Assembly: GCF_036971445.1 (NCBI RefSeq)
Contig: NC_091482.1
Location: forward strand, 60,946,001-61,010,000
Direction: 5' to 3'
Source: Narcine bancroftii
Lineage: Eukaryota
Length of the DNA stretch: 64,000 nt
The stretch's first letter is position 1. Each line of letters begins with the position of its first letter. The position numbers and the translations under genes are program-made. Positions 1 to 10,600 of this stretch are shown piece after piece. The notes below the pieces were generated by a model. That model searched no databases and was not told the origin of the DNA. It saw only the letters and a program-made list of their open reading frames with translations.

Positions 1-1379
1 TCATATGCCCTTTTAACCGCTATCTAATTGTGCTGTCACTTTCAGTGTATTTAGACTTCTATACCTAGGTCCCTCTGTACTCCCCAGGCCCTTCCCATTG
101 ATGCTGTGCATTCTGGCTTCATTACCTCTCCTAATGCATCACCTCACCATTATTCAGATTGAAGTTTAACTGCACCAGTACATCCCTTCGCTATCACCCT
201 GGCTCCCAGCATCCTCCAGCTACCTCCACCAGAGCCACAGTAATCTCTTACCTGCAGGGGCCTTGAGTGCAGCTGATGTGCTGTCAGCTAAGTTCCCTGG
301 CTCCATGATGTGGTGGTCGGTGCCAGGCCTCACCCCCACTGCTTCTTGCTGCCGTGGAAAGAAGGAAAGGCGTTAACTGCGTGTTCACAGGTGCAGTCAG
401 GCTCCACACCAACCTGGCAATACTCAGCGGGCTCCACCCCACCCCACCTGCCGCAGCCTCCCTCTCCCAGCTACTCGGCCCCCCTGGGTGGGGGAGATGA
501 TGTTGGGTGGTGTTCTGGGAAAGACCAAGGGTGTGCATCAGGCCTTGGTCCAACTTGGAGCAATCAGCCCGATCTCCTCTTATGGCCGCTGGTCCCCACC
601 GCTGCCGCGGCTTCTCCACATTCTCGCCTTCCACAACTCCAAGATGTTCCCTGCTTCTGCTGGTGAAGAATAGGCAAATATTTCCTTATTTTCCATTGTA
701 ACTTTTGATCATGTACTTTTACTTTTTTCTACATTTCAGTGGGAAACGTTAGAGGAAACAATATTATGCAACTGGTTAGTCTGTTTCATCTCTATTAGTG
801 GCCTTGGTTATTTCAGGACGTAGCCAACTGACCCATTGTTCTTGCCCCTGCTCCACAGAGCGATCCATCAGCCCCATTTCCTTCCTGTTGCTGAACATTT
901 CTTTATCTAAAGTTGTTTTCAAATGTCCTTGTTTAATTATTGATCATCTCGACTTCCACCATCCTTTTGCTTGTGAGTTCATGTCACAGAAAAGTTCTTT
1001 CTCACACATCTCCTTTATCTCTTGTCCCAAACAGCTTCTCAGATAATCAACTAATGGAAAGTTTTTAAAAAAAAATTGGTCTACCTTTCCTAAACCGGTC
1101 ATAATATTGATTAAATCCATCAATTTTCCCCTATTCTTTGGTCAAAGGACAACAGTAAAGAGGGTGTATGGGTGTGAGGTAGAGAAGGTTTAAGTTCGAG
1201 TTTATTTATCATCCGATTGTACAAGTACAACCTGATGAAACAGCGTTCTCCAATTCTTAGTGCAAAACACTGCAAACACACTTACAAGGTTGTCGTGTCG
1301 GTTTACAGAGGTTGGCACAACATTATGTGCTGTGGGGCCTGTACTGTACTGTAATGTTCTAGATCCAGCTTCCCAACGT

Positions 1380-2240
1380 TGTAGGCAAAATCCTCCATTC
1401 CTACTCATTATATACCCATGACTGTGTGGCCAGGCACAATTCAAATGCTATTTACAAATTTGCCAATGACACCACATCTGTCGGCAGAATCACAGATGGC
1501 AATGAGGAAGCCTACAGGAGGGAGATAGATCAGTTAGTTGAATGGTGTCACAACAACCACCTTGCACTCAACGTTAGCAAAACCAAGGAGATGATTCTGG
1601 AGTTCAGAAGGGGAGTCAGGGGAACATGACCCAATCCCCATTGAGGGCTCTGCAGTGGAGAGGGTCAAGAACCTCAAATTCCTAGTTGTCAACATCTCCG
1701 ATGATCTGCCCTGCAGCCTCCATGAAGGCGGCTCCTCTGTGGCTATACTTTGTGAGATGTTTGAGGAGATTCGATGTCACTGAAGACTCTCAAACTTCTA
1801 TAGGTGTACCATGGAGAGCATTCTAGGTGGTTGCATCACTGTTTGTTATGGAGGTGCCAACATGCAGGGCAAGAAAAACCTCCAGAGGGTTGGTAACTCA
1901 GCCTGCAACATCACGGGCCCAGTCTTCACTCCGTCAAGAACATTAAAAAAGCCACTTCTATCCTCAAGGATCCTCACCACCCAGGCCATGCCCTCTTCAC
2001 ATTACTGCCATCAGGAACAGACGGTACAGGAGCCTGAAGAACCCAGCGGCACAAGGACAGTTTCTTCCCCTCTGCCACCAGATTCCCAAATGAACCACAG
2101 ACACTGCCTTACTTTGACATTTTCTTGCACCAAATTTATTTATTCTGTAAGGTGATTTATATAAATATTTGCACTGATATTCTGCAACAAAGCAATGAAT
2201 TTTGTGACATGTTCATGACAACAAATTCTGATTCTATTTG
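1380..2240 (+). mobile_element. 5'-truncated LINE (Rex/Babar-like RT C-terminus and 3' end), degenerate
   Basis: YKFANDTTSVGRITDGNEEAYRREI...LNVSKTKEMI and ESILGGCITVCYG; tail ATTCTGATTCT. Confidence 0.8.
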
Positions 2241-3024
2241 CATGAATCTCATCATCCCTCAATGACAATCACTTCTTTCATAAAGGGAGGTGATCAGATA
2301 TAATTAATACTTGAAATACAACCCCAGAAGCACTTTATAAAAGTTCAAAATAACTTTTAACCATTGTACTTGATGGAAAGAGACAATATACTCCAAGTTG
2401 GACACTGGGCAAGAGCACCAGGTGGACAGAGGTACATAATCAAGAAAGTTTTAAAAGTCTTCAGAGAACGTCTGACATCTCCACAGACAGGTGGAAGTTC
2501 CTGGCCATGACCACTTAGTTTCAGAATCAAAATTTATTTTCATGAACAAGTCACGAATTTTTTGTTTTGGGGAGGACCACAGTGCAAACATTTATATACA
2601 GCATACAGAAAAATAGTGCAAGAAAAATTCAAAGTAAGGCAGTGTTTATGGTTCATTGTTCATTCAGGAATCTGATGGCAGAGGGGAAAAAAGCTATCCT
2701 TGTGGTCTTCAGGCTTCAGGGTGGTGGTGGTCCTTGAGCATAGAGGCTATCCTACTTTCCCATTAATCCCTCCTGAGATTCTCAGAATCAGAATTTATTG
2801 TCATGAACATGTCTCAAAATCTGTTGTTTTGCAGCAGTATTATTGTGAAAATATTGCTATAAATCTACATTTAAAAATAAATAAATTAGTGGAAAAGTAG
2901 GAGAAAGTGAGTTACTATCTGTGGTTCATTGTCCATTTAGAAATCTGATGGCAGTGAGAAAGAAGCTGTCCTTGTATCCATAAGCTCATATACCTCCTTC
3001 CCGATGGTAACAAAGTGAAGAGGG

Positions 3025-4725
3025 CATTTATTCTCTCCCCCCAAAACACTTTTTTTTATATACACATATAACAAAGTTCTTCCTTTTTTTCCCTTACTTC
3101 CTTTCTTCCCTTCCCATATACGTTGTTTTTACATCTTTATATACATTTTATCGCTGTTCTTCATTCTTATTACATCTCTTCATCTCTCCTGTCCTGCAAA
3201 CGCTCTGCGAATTCTTGTGCTTACTCCAGATCCAAGAAAAGTCCGTTCTGCTCTCCGGGGATAAATATTTTAAGCACAGCTGGATGACTTAACATGAATT
3301 TATAACCTTTTTTCCATAGGATCAATTTTGCTGTATTAACAACCTCGGAGATCCGGCGCTCTTCTCCACCACGGATCCCTGCTCCTTCGTGCAGGTAAGG
3401 CCTTCTCCTTTCTTTTCCAGTTCAAAACTTATATCTGGGTAAAAAAATATTTTTTTGACCCTTGTATTCCAATGGATTATTGTCTTCTCTAATTTTATTC
3501 CTTGCTCACTCCAGTATATTTTCTATTGTCGTACATCTCAAAGAATTTACTAAAATGGATCTTGGTTTTTGATGTGTCTGTGGTTTCGGAGCTAGTGTTC
3601 TGTGTGCCCTTTCTATTTCCATTCCTTTCTGAACTTCTTCCAGGACCTTCAGGAACCATTCTTTTATAAATTCCTTCATATCTGAGCCTTCTTCATCTTC
3701 CTTCAGGCCCACTATTTTTATGTTGTTTCGCCTACTATAATTCTCCAACATATCAATTTTCTGAGCTAACAATTCTTGTGTCTCTAATTTTTTTTAATCA
3801 CTTTCTTCCAATTTTCCTCTTGACATTTTCTTCCATTTCTACAGCCGTTTCTTGTTCTTCCACACTTTCTACTCTTTTCCCTATTTCTGTCAGGACTAGC
3901 TCTAACCTTTGCATTTTATCTTCTGTTCTTTTCATTTTTCTTTTAATTGCACTAAATTCTAATGACAACCATTCTTTTAATGCTCTCATTTGTTATTAAA
4001 AAAAAAGCTTTATCTATATTCTGTCCACCTGTTTTACCTTCTTTCTCTGTGAAGATCTTGGTCTTCTTCTTCCTCTTCTGTGTTTGTACCTATGTTTGTG
4101 TCTTCTTCTCTTCTTTGTATCTGTGTCTCTTCTGATTTTCCTGAGGAGTTGCTTGTCTCACTTTGTCAGGCCTCTTCTTGCTTGGCTTCTTGCTGTTGGT
4201 CCTCTTCTTCTGAGCTGCTCATCTGTTGAGCTTCCTGCTGCTGTTCCTCTTTCCTTTCACCCCGTCAACTTTCTTTCTCACTTCCTCTCTTGCCACTTTC
4301 CTCATCTTGCAGCTGAGAACCCTGGTGTCGGGCATCCCTCAGCTGGTTGTGGCGTGGTTGCCCCCTCCTGTCGGCGCACTGTGCCCTTTTGTTTGGCTCA
4401 GAGAGTACTGGTCGGGGGGGTCGCGACTCCGCAGGGCTGTCACCAACCTCGGAGATCCGGCGCTCTTCTCCACCACGGATCCCTACTCCTTCGTGCAGGT
4501 AAGGCCTTCTCCTTTCTTTTCCAGTGTCTTTTCTTTTTTTCCCCATTGTTTTTACTTTTTCCTTCTTAGGTGCCATTTTCTTTCTCTTCTCTGCACTTAT
4601 CTTTTATTTCTTATATTTTGTATTTATTCAACTTTGACTTTTCTTAACTTTTTTTCTTCTTTTCTGGAGTGGGCTGGTTTTACCCTACCGGCCACTACTC
4701 CATCACGTGACTCCTCCCGTCCCCA
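3025..4725 (-). mobile_element. L1-clade LINE 5' portion (ORF1p), degenerate, inserted into a Rex-like LINE relic
   Basis: Coiled coil plus LENYSRRNNIKIVGLKE...EIERAHRTLAPKP...PRSILV (L1 ORF1p RRM); Rex-like sequence on both sides (2780-3025 and 4730-5000). Confidence 0.8.
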
Positions 4726-5065
4726 GCCGAGTTAACAACCCTCTGGAGTTTTATCTTGCCCTGAGCGTTGGCACTTCCATACCAGTGCGGTGTGATGCAA
4801 CCAGCCAGAATGCTCTCCCTGGTACACCTGTAGAAGTTTGAGAGTGTCTTCAGTGACAATAACTCATCTCCTCAAACCTTCTTCATGATTGCATCTACAT
4901 GGAGGCTCCAGGGCAGATGTTGACACCCATAAATTTGAAGTTCTTGACCCCATCCACTACTGAGCCCTCGATGAGGACTGGCTTTCGTTCTCCTGACACA
5001 TTCAGGACAGCATTTACTCCCTGCTCTGTGCACCTGGCAAGTTTCAGGATTTAGTTTCTTGTCAG

Positions 5066-5310
5066 GTAAAAACACAATGCTGGAGAAACTCAGCAGGTCA
5101 AACAATGTAGCAAAGGCAGAGATATCGGGCTTGAGCCCTTCATCAAGGCAGGAGCAAAGTGTTCAAGCACCTGGCTACATTTCGCTCTATATAAAGTACA
5201 TTTTGCTCCTACCTCGATGCTCCAAGCCCGAAATGCTGGTTATGCATCTTTACCTTTATACACTGCTTGACCTGCTGAGTTTCTCCAGCGTTGGGTATTA
5301 CTTCAATCAG
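5066..5310. mobile_element. Penelope-like non-autonomous element with inverted termini
   Basis: GCTGGAGAAACTCAGCAGGTCAA...TTGACCTGCTGAGTTTCTCCAGC inverted pair; same family at 26740-27300, 40770-41400, 62080-62305. Confidence 0.6.
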
Positions 5311-5639
5311 TGCTTTCCCCTTGGCAGGTTCACAGAGTTCATGAAAGGCTCCTCTGTAAAAAGTAAAGAGTCACGCGAGTAATGTGGCACCACCATCAAA
5401 ACGAGGAGGAGATCCCTGGGCCCAGATCCACATCACTCCTGCCCGGCCCCTGGAGGCACCTTGACGGACCCCGGTACCCAGAAGCCTGCGCCCCGAGGCC
5501 TGGTGTAACCCGAGCCCGGGAGCCCGTGGCCTAGCGGAGCTATGGAGAATGCATGGACCTACCTGGGAAGAGCTCCTACATCGGCCCAGGGTCTCCACAG
5601 ATCAGCCTCAAGCTGCAGACCTCCCCCGGGGGAAGGTCC

Positions 5640-5905
5640 AACGTCGATTGGCTGATCCCCCTGCCAATCAAACGTTCCGGGGTTGTAATTGGCTCAAGAT
5701 GAAGCTTATTTTTCGAGGGGCGGGGAGCGGTGCATTCCCGTCAATCTTTGCTTTCTGAGCTGTGATTGGTTAATTGTTCTTGCGGTTGTGATTGGCTGGT
5801 CGTTCCTGCGGCTGTGATTGGCTGGTCGTTCCTGCGGCTGTGATTGGCTGTTTGGATTGGTAGCTGGATTGGGGACATGCCCGAGCACTGGGCCCTGCGG
5901 TGAGT
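5640..5905 (+). promoter_or_regulatory. SLC30A4 CpG-island promoter and probable non-coding exon 1 (donor GTGAGT at 5900)
   Basis: About 8 reverse CCAAT boxes (ATTGG), a GC box GGGGCGGGG near 5717, CpG-rich, consensus donor CG|GTGAGT. Confidence 0.65.
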
Positions 5906-6090
5906 GAGTTAGGACTGGCTTCGGACAAGTGTGATGCCCTGAATGTGGGGCCTCGCAGCCGGGGTCGGGGGGCTTGGGGGCGCCGGAAACAGCTCCTGGG
6001 TTGGACAATAGGGAGCCTTGGGGTTGGGTCAGAGGGCCTGGAGCGCCGGGGCTGAGGGTCTGGCCGCTTGGCTGGACGTTAGAGAGTCTC

Positions 6091-6605
6091 GGGGGCCGGC
6101 TGGTCGTGCCTCGGGGGCCGGCTGGTCGTGCCTCGGGGGCCGGCTGGTCGTGCCTCGGGGGCCGGCTGGTCGTGCCTCGGGGGCCGGCTGGTCGTGCCTC
6201 GGGGGCCGGCTGGTCGTGCCTCGGGGGCCGGCTGGTCGTGCCTCGGGGGCCGGCTGGTCGTGCCTCGGGGGCCGGCTGGTCGTGCCTCGGGGGCCGGCTG
6301 GTCGTGCCTCGGGGGCCGGCTGGTCGTGCCTCGGGGGCCGGCTGGTCGTGCCTCGGGGGCCGGCTGGTCGTGCCTCGGGGGCCGGCTGGTCGTGCCTCGG
6401 GGGCCGGCTGGTCGTGCCTCGGGGGCCGGCTGGTCGTGCCTCGGGGGCCGGCTGGTCGTGCCTCGGGGGCCGGCTGGTCGTGCCTCGGGGGCCGGCTGGT
6501 CGTGCCTCGGGGGCCGGCTGGTCGTGCCTCGGGGGCCGGCTGGTCGTGCCTCGGGGGCCGGCTGGTCGTGCCTCGGGGGCCGGCTGGTCGTGCCTCGGGG
6601 GCCGG
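6091..6605. repeat. GC-rich minisatellite, 22-bp unit GGGGGCCGGCTGGTCGTGCCTC x ~23, in SLC30A4 intron 1
   Basis: Perfect tandem array visible directly; explains the 22-aa-periodic ORFs. Confidence 0.97.
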
Positions 6606-7245
6606 GTCGGAGGGTCTGGGGCGCCGGGGCGGAGGGTCTGTCCGCTTGGCTGGACGTTAGAGAGTCTCGGGGGCCGGCTGGTCGTACCTCGGGGGCTGGG
6701 TCGGAGGGTCTGGGGCGCCAGGGCTGAGGGTCTGGCCGCTTGGCTGGACGTTAGAGAGTCTCGGGGGCTGGCTGGTCGTTCGGGAGCCGGGTCGGTCGGG
6801 TAGCAGCGGGACAAGATTTTGCTATCGGTGGGGTGTTGCGGCGTCTCCACACTCTAGCTATGTTTGCCGCTGTCCTTGGGTTGTAACGCGTCTTCTTTCC
6901 TTTACTTAAGCAATTAATGAAGAGTCCTAACTGCTGTTGGTCTGCCATGAAATGTCAGTGAGAATAACTGGACACGCGCGACTGGTTTCCCTTGGGCTGG
7001 TAGCTGTGTTGTGGAGACCTGAGCCAAGGCAATGTGACTGCATCAAGAGATGCCAGCACTTTGGACACTGGGTAGGGATGACTGAACCGAAAGGCTACTA
7101 GCACTGGTACTGCAGTTAAAGTGTTTGTGTCTGTTGCAGGATATTTTGAAGTCCCTGTTAATCATTACTAACCTGTGCAGAAGTTCGGTAAGAAAGGATA
7201 TCTGAGTTACAGTCGGTGCCAATTGGTCATCTTTGAGGAATTATC

Positions 7246-7675
7246 ATGGCTCGATCCTTCTGGAACAAGCTGAAGTCATTCCCTCACCAGGGTAACTTGG
7301 CCTGCAGAGACCTGGAAAGTGACACTGTTGCCTTGGACTTTGATGTAGAGGATGAAGGAGATGTGCCTACATTTAATGGTTTGGCTAAACTGCAGGTGAT
7401 CACTTTGGATCAGACTGATGAGATTGCATATGTGCCGACTGTGATTTGTAATGGGAGCATTGGAACCAGTGGCGAGAGCACAGACCCCCATAAAGAGCTG
7501 AAAATTCTGCAGAAAGCAGAATTCCAGGATGAGTGTCAAGAAGATGGACAACATAAAGAAGAAGAATGCAAATGTTGTGTTAAGAACTCTGAATTAGTCA
7601 GGCAGAGGACAACAAAAAGAAGATTGTGGATTGCTGTTACACTCTATAGTCTGTTTACTGTTGGAGAACTTGTGG
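7246..7675 (+). CDS. SLC30A4: SLC30A4 first coding exon (acceptor AG 7138-7139; 5'UTR part 7140-7245)
   Basis: MARSFW...CKCC...[20 protein letters not shown], donor GTAAG at 7676. Confidence 0.88.
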
Positions 7676-10600
7676 GTAAGTTTGGTTGCAGATATGTGTG
7701 GGCATGCCCTTTGTGTTTTAATTTGTGGCATTTCCAATTGGGAGAGAATGTTCATGTTTCCTGTCTACTCTGTCAATTTGAACTAGCAGATAGCCTGCAT
7801 CTTGATGGGATAGAAAGCCAGGCAGCTTGGTTTACTGTATAAGTGTTGATGGAGACATGAGTTGACAACATATTGTGAGATTAAATGAATGGCAAGTCTA
7901 TAAAAATGGGTTTCATTATCAATAAATGTGAGGTTATTCTAAGTCTTAACCAGATCAGACTATATTTTAAATGCTGGAAGTGATGGAGGTGCAAGAAACA
8001 CAAAAATATAATAGTTATGTCCAAAGTGAATTAAATTATGACCTTTATATTTGGAGGACCAAAATAAAATGTGGCAGTTGTAACCAAAAGCATGAAGGTA
8101 TGTGGGACGTGGATCTCAGATCAGATGAGATGTTAATGGATGGCGGAGCAGGTGGAAGGGGATGAAGGACCTTGTGTTCACTTGTTCCTTAGTCTAACAG
8201 ATGTTTTTTCTTTCACCACTCAGGAGGATGGCTTTCTAACAGCCTGGCCGTTATGACTGATGCAGTTCACATGTTGGCTGACGTGCTGGGGATTGCTGCT
8301 TCCTTGGTTGCATTATATCTTTCTGCAAGGCCTCCCAATAGCAGGTTCACTTTTGGCTGGCATCGGTTTGGTATGTGACCACAGGTTACCCCATAACTTT
8401 AGGCTCTCCATTAACTTTTTGGTGCATAATTGATTATGAAAGTGATATAAAACTGTTTCTTGTTTTAACGAGCTACTTTAGCTAAGGAGCGATATGAACT
8501 GTTTGCCATCCTCGCACGTTATGTAAAACTTCTGTCTTGCTGTGGTCCTGTTTTGCTCTCTTTGAGAACTGAATTGAGAATGATGGGAGAGGAAAAATGG
8601 GCATGGATGAGGAGAAACTTTACACTGGACAACAAAGACTTTGCTTTCAGAACACTTGGGTGTACTGTATGATATGCTTCTTTGCTATGGTTGCTTGCTG
8701 AATTAGAGCAGCTTTAATCCTTCTCAGAGATGTAATACCATCCAAGAATTTTAGAATATTCTTGTTTTTGACTGTTGTCTGTTGATCAAGGCAGCGGAAT
8801 TTAATACTAGTTCAATATCATTTCCTTGAAGAACAAGCTCATCTTTCTTGGACTGATAAACCATACACAAAACACCTGGCTTCATACAGACTCTTCGAAT
8901 ATACTTCTGTCCGAAGAAGTTAAGAATCTCTACCAGAGATCTTTCATCTTGAATAACCACGTTGATGGGGAAATGAACATACACAGACCTCACCTTGTAA
9001 CAGAAGCCAACAGTGACACCCTTGATCATGTCCTGAACATAACTGCAGACTGTCCGGACTGTTGCTAGCTCCTTCCTGTTACTCCACCATTTGTCAACGT
9101 AAAGCTGCTTGATGCCAAGAAAGCTGAGCTCCAAGTTGATGTGATTGAATTGCCTTTGTAATGTTCCTCGCAGCCCCTTTACAATGACAGCACGGCCTGG
9201 GATAGCAACAATCTGGTTACTGAGAATGGTCTTCATTCTTGCTGAGGATGGAGGAAGAGCAACTGGGTTCTCACTTGCTGATGTGATGCGTGTGAAAGTC
9301 AGGTAGCTAGATGGGCAGTTTTTTTTTAATCCTCTTGTGGTTAGACGTTTTAGTGAATGAGAGACATGCATGGCAGCTCAGCCAAGTGCAGTAGACCTAC
9401 CGCACCAGTTGGAAGGTCCTGCATTCTTCTGCTGTTCCCGCCATGTGTGCTGTATGTCTCCAGTTGCAGCAGCTGAAGCCCTGTACTTCACAGCTGGAGC
9501 AGAGGCTGGTGTATCATGAGGCTGAGAAGGTTATAGGCATCACGGTTAAGGTGGTGGTCACACTGCAGCTTTAGCAAGGGTGCTCATGGAAGGCTACAGA
9601 TGACCATATGTGTGCAAAAGTGGTGCCAAGTGCTCTGAGGCAATCTCGTTGAAAAGCTGGCTTCCATCTTGTACATTGTTTGGATTCTGTGAAGGGAAGG
9701 TGGTCGGGAATGTGACTCGATGGATGGCTGCGCTGCACAGGAGAGGAGTGGCTCTTGGTGCCAGGGAACCGATGCATTAGGGAATGAAAAGGCAGTGTTC
9801 AGCAAAGAAATAATGTGAACTATAAATGAAATTGGCTTTGATTTAACTTTTATCCTAATTAGAAACAATCTTGCCATGTAGTGAGCTCTTTCAATAGCCC
9901 TCTCCTGTGCTATGTCTGTCTTTGCTCATTCATTTAAACCTTGCTCTAACTCCTGGATCTGATTTATTTTGTGCATTAATAAGCAAAGTACACAATTATT
10001 ACTTTGGAAACCTTGAACAGTGACTCCCTGTTTGAACTTTGTGTCACGATCCTAAATGTAAAGTGATAAAGGACTGATTGCTGAATGGTTCATCTGCACA
10101 CTCTGCAGAACTAAAGGCACACTGTTTACAAGAATGATGATGAGTTTATTGTCATACTCCCACAATTACATTGTCTATGGGGACTGAAATTTGTTCTGGC
10201 TGCAGCCAAACAGAAGCTTTCATTTTTTAAAAAAAAAAGCAGAAGACAAAAAATATTCACTGATATACTGTAGTTGCTTGAAGAAAAATGGCCCCGTGGA
10301 ACTCCTTTTTCAGTTCAAACCTAGGAAATAACTTCAGACCCAGTAAAAACACAAAGCTGGGGAAACTCAGCAGGTCAACCAGTGTCGGTGTGGGGACATT
10401 TAGGAGAACTTTAAAACAGAAAGGGAACTGACTGCATGATGCATCACTCATGTCATCACAGGGGCGGGGTTCTCCCTTAAATTGCCGGGTTGGTGATTTA
10501 TCAGGTAAGTCTGGCTGTGATTTGAAAGGTACATCCTACACCCACGATCCAGTAGTCACACCCGGGTACCAGGAGGGCTACCTGGGTGTTGCCATTTGAA

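Noticed and set aside
250-700. Overlapping ~116-aa ORFs at the window start
   Set aside because: No recognisable domain or splice pattern; cannot be assigned.
5400-6800. Metal-response elements (TGCRCNC) in the zinc transporter promoter
   Set aside because: No convincing MRE found; the repeated TCGTG in the minisatellite is too short to call a bHLH-PAS site.
5974-6850. Several 200-270 aa repetitive ORFs on both strands
   Set aside because: Artefacts of the 22-bp GC minisatellite.
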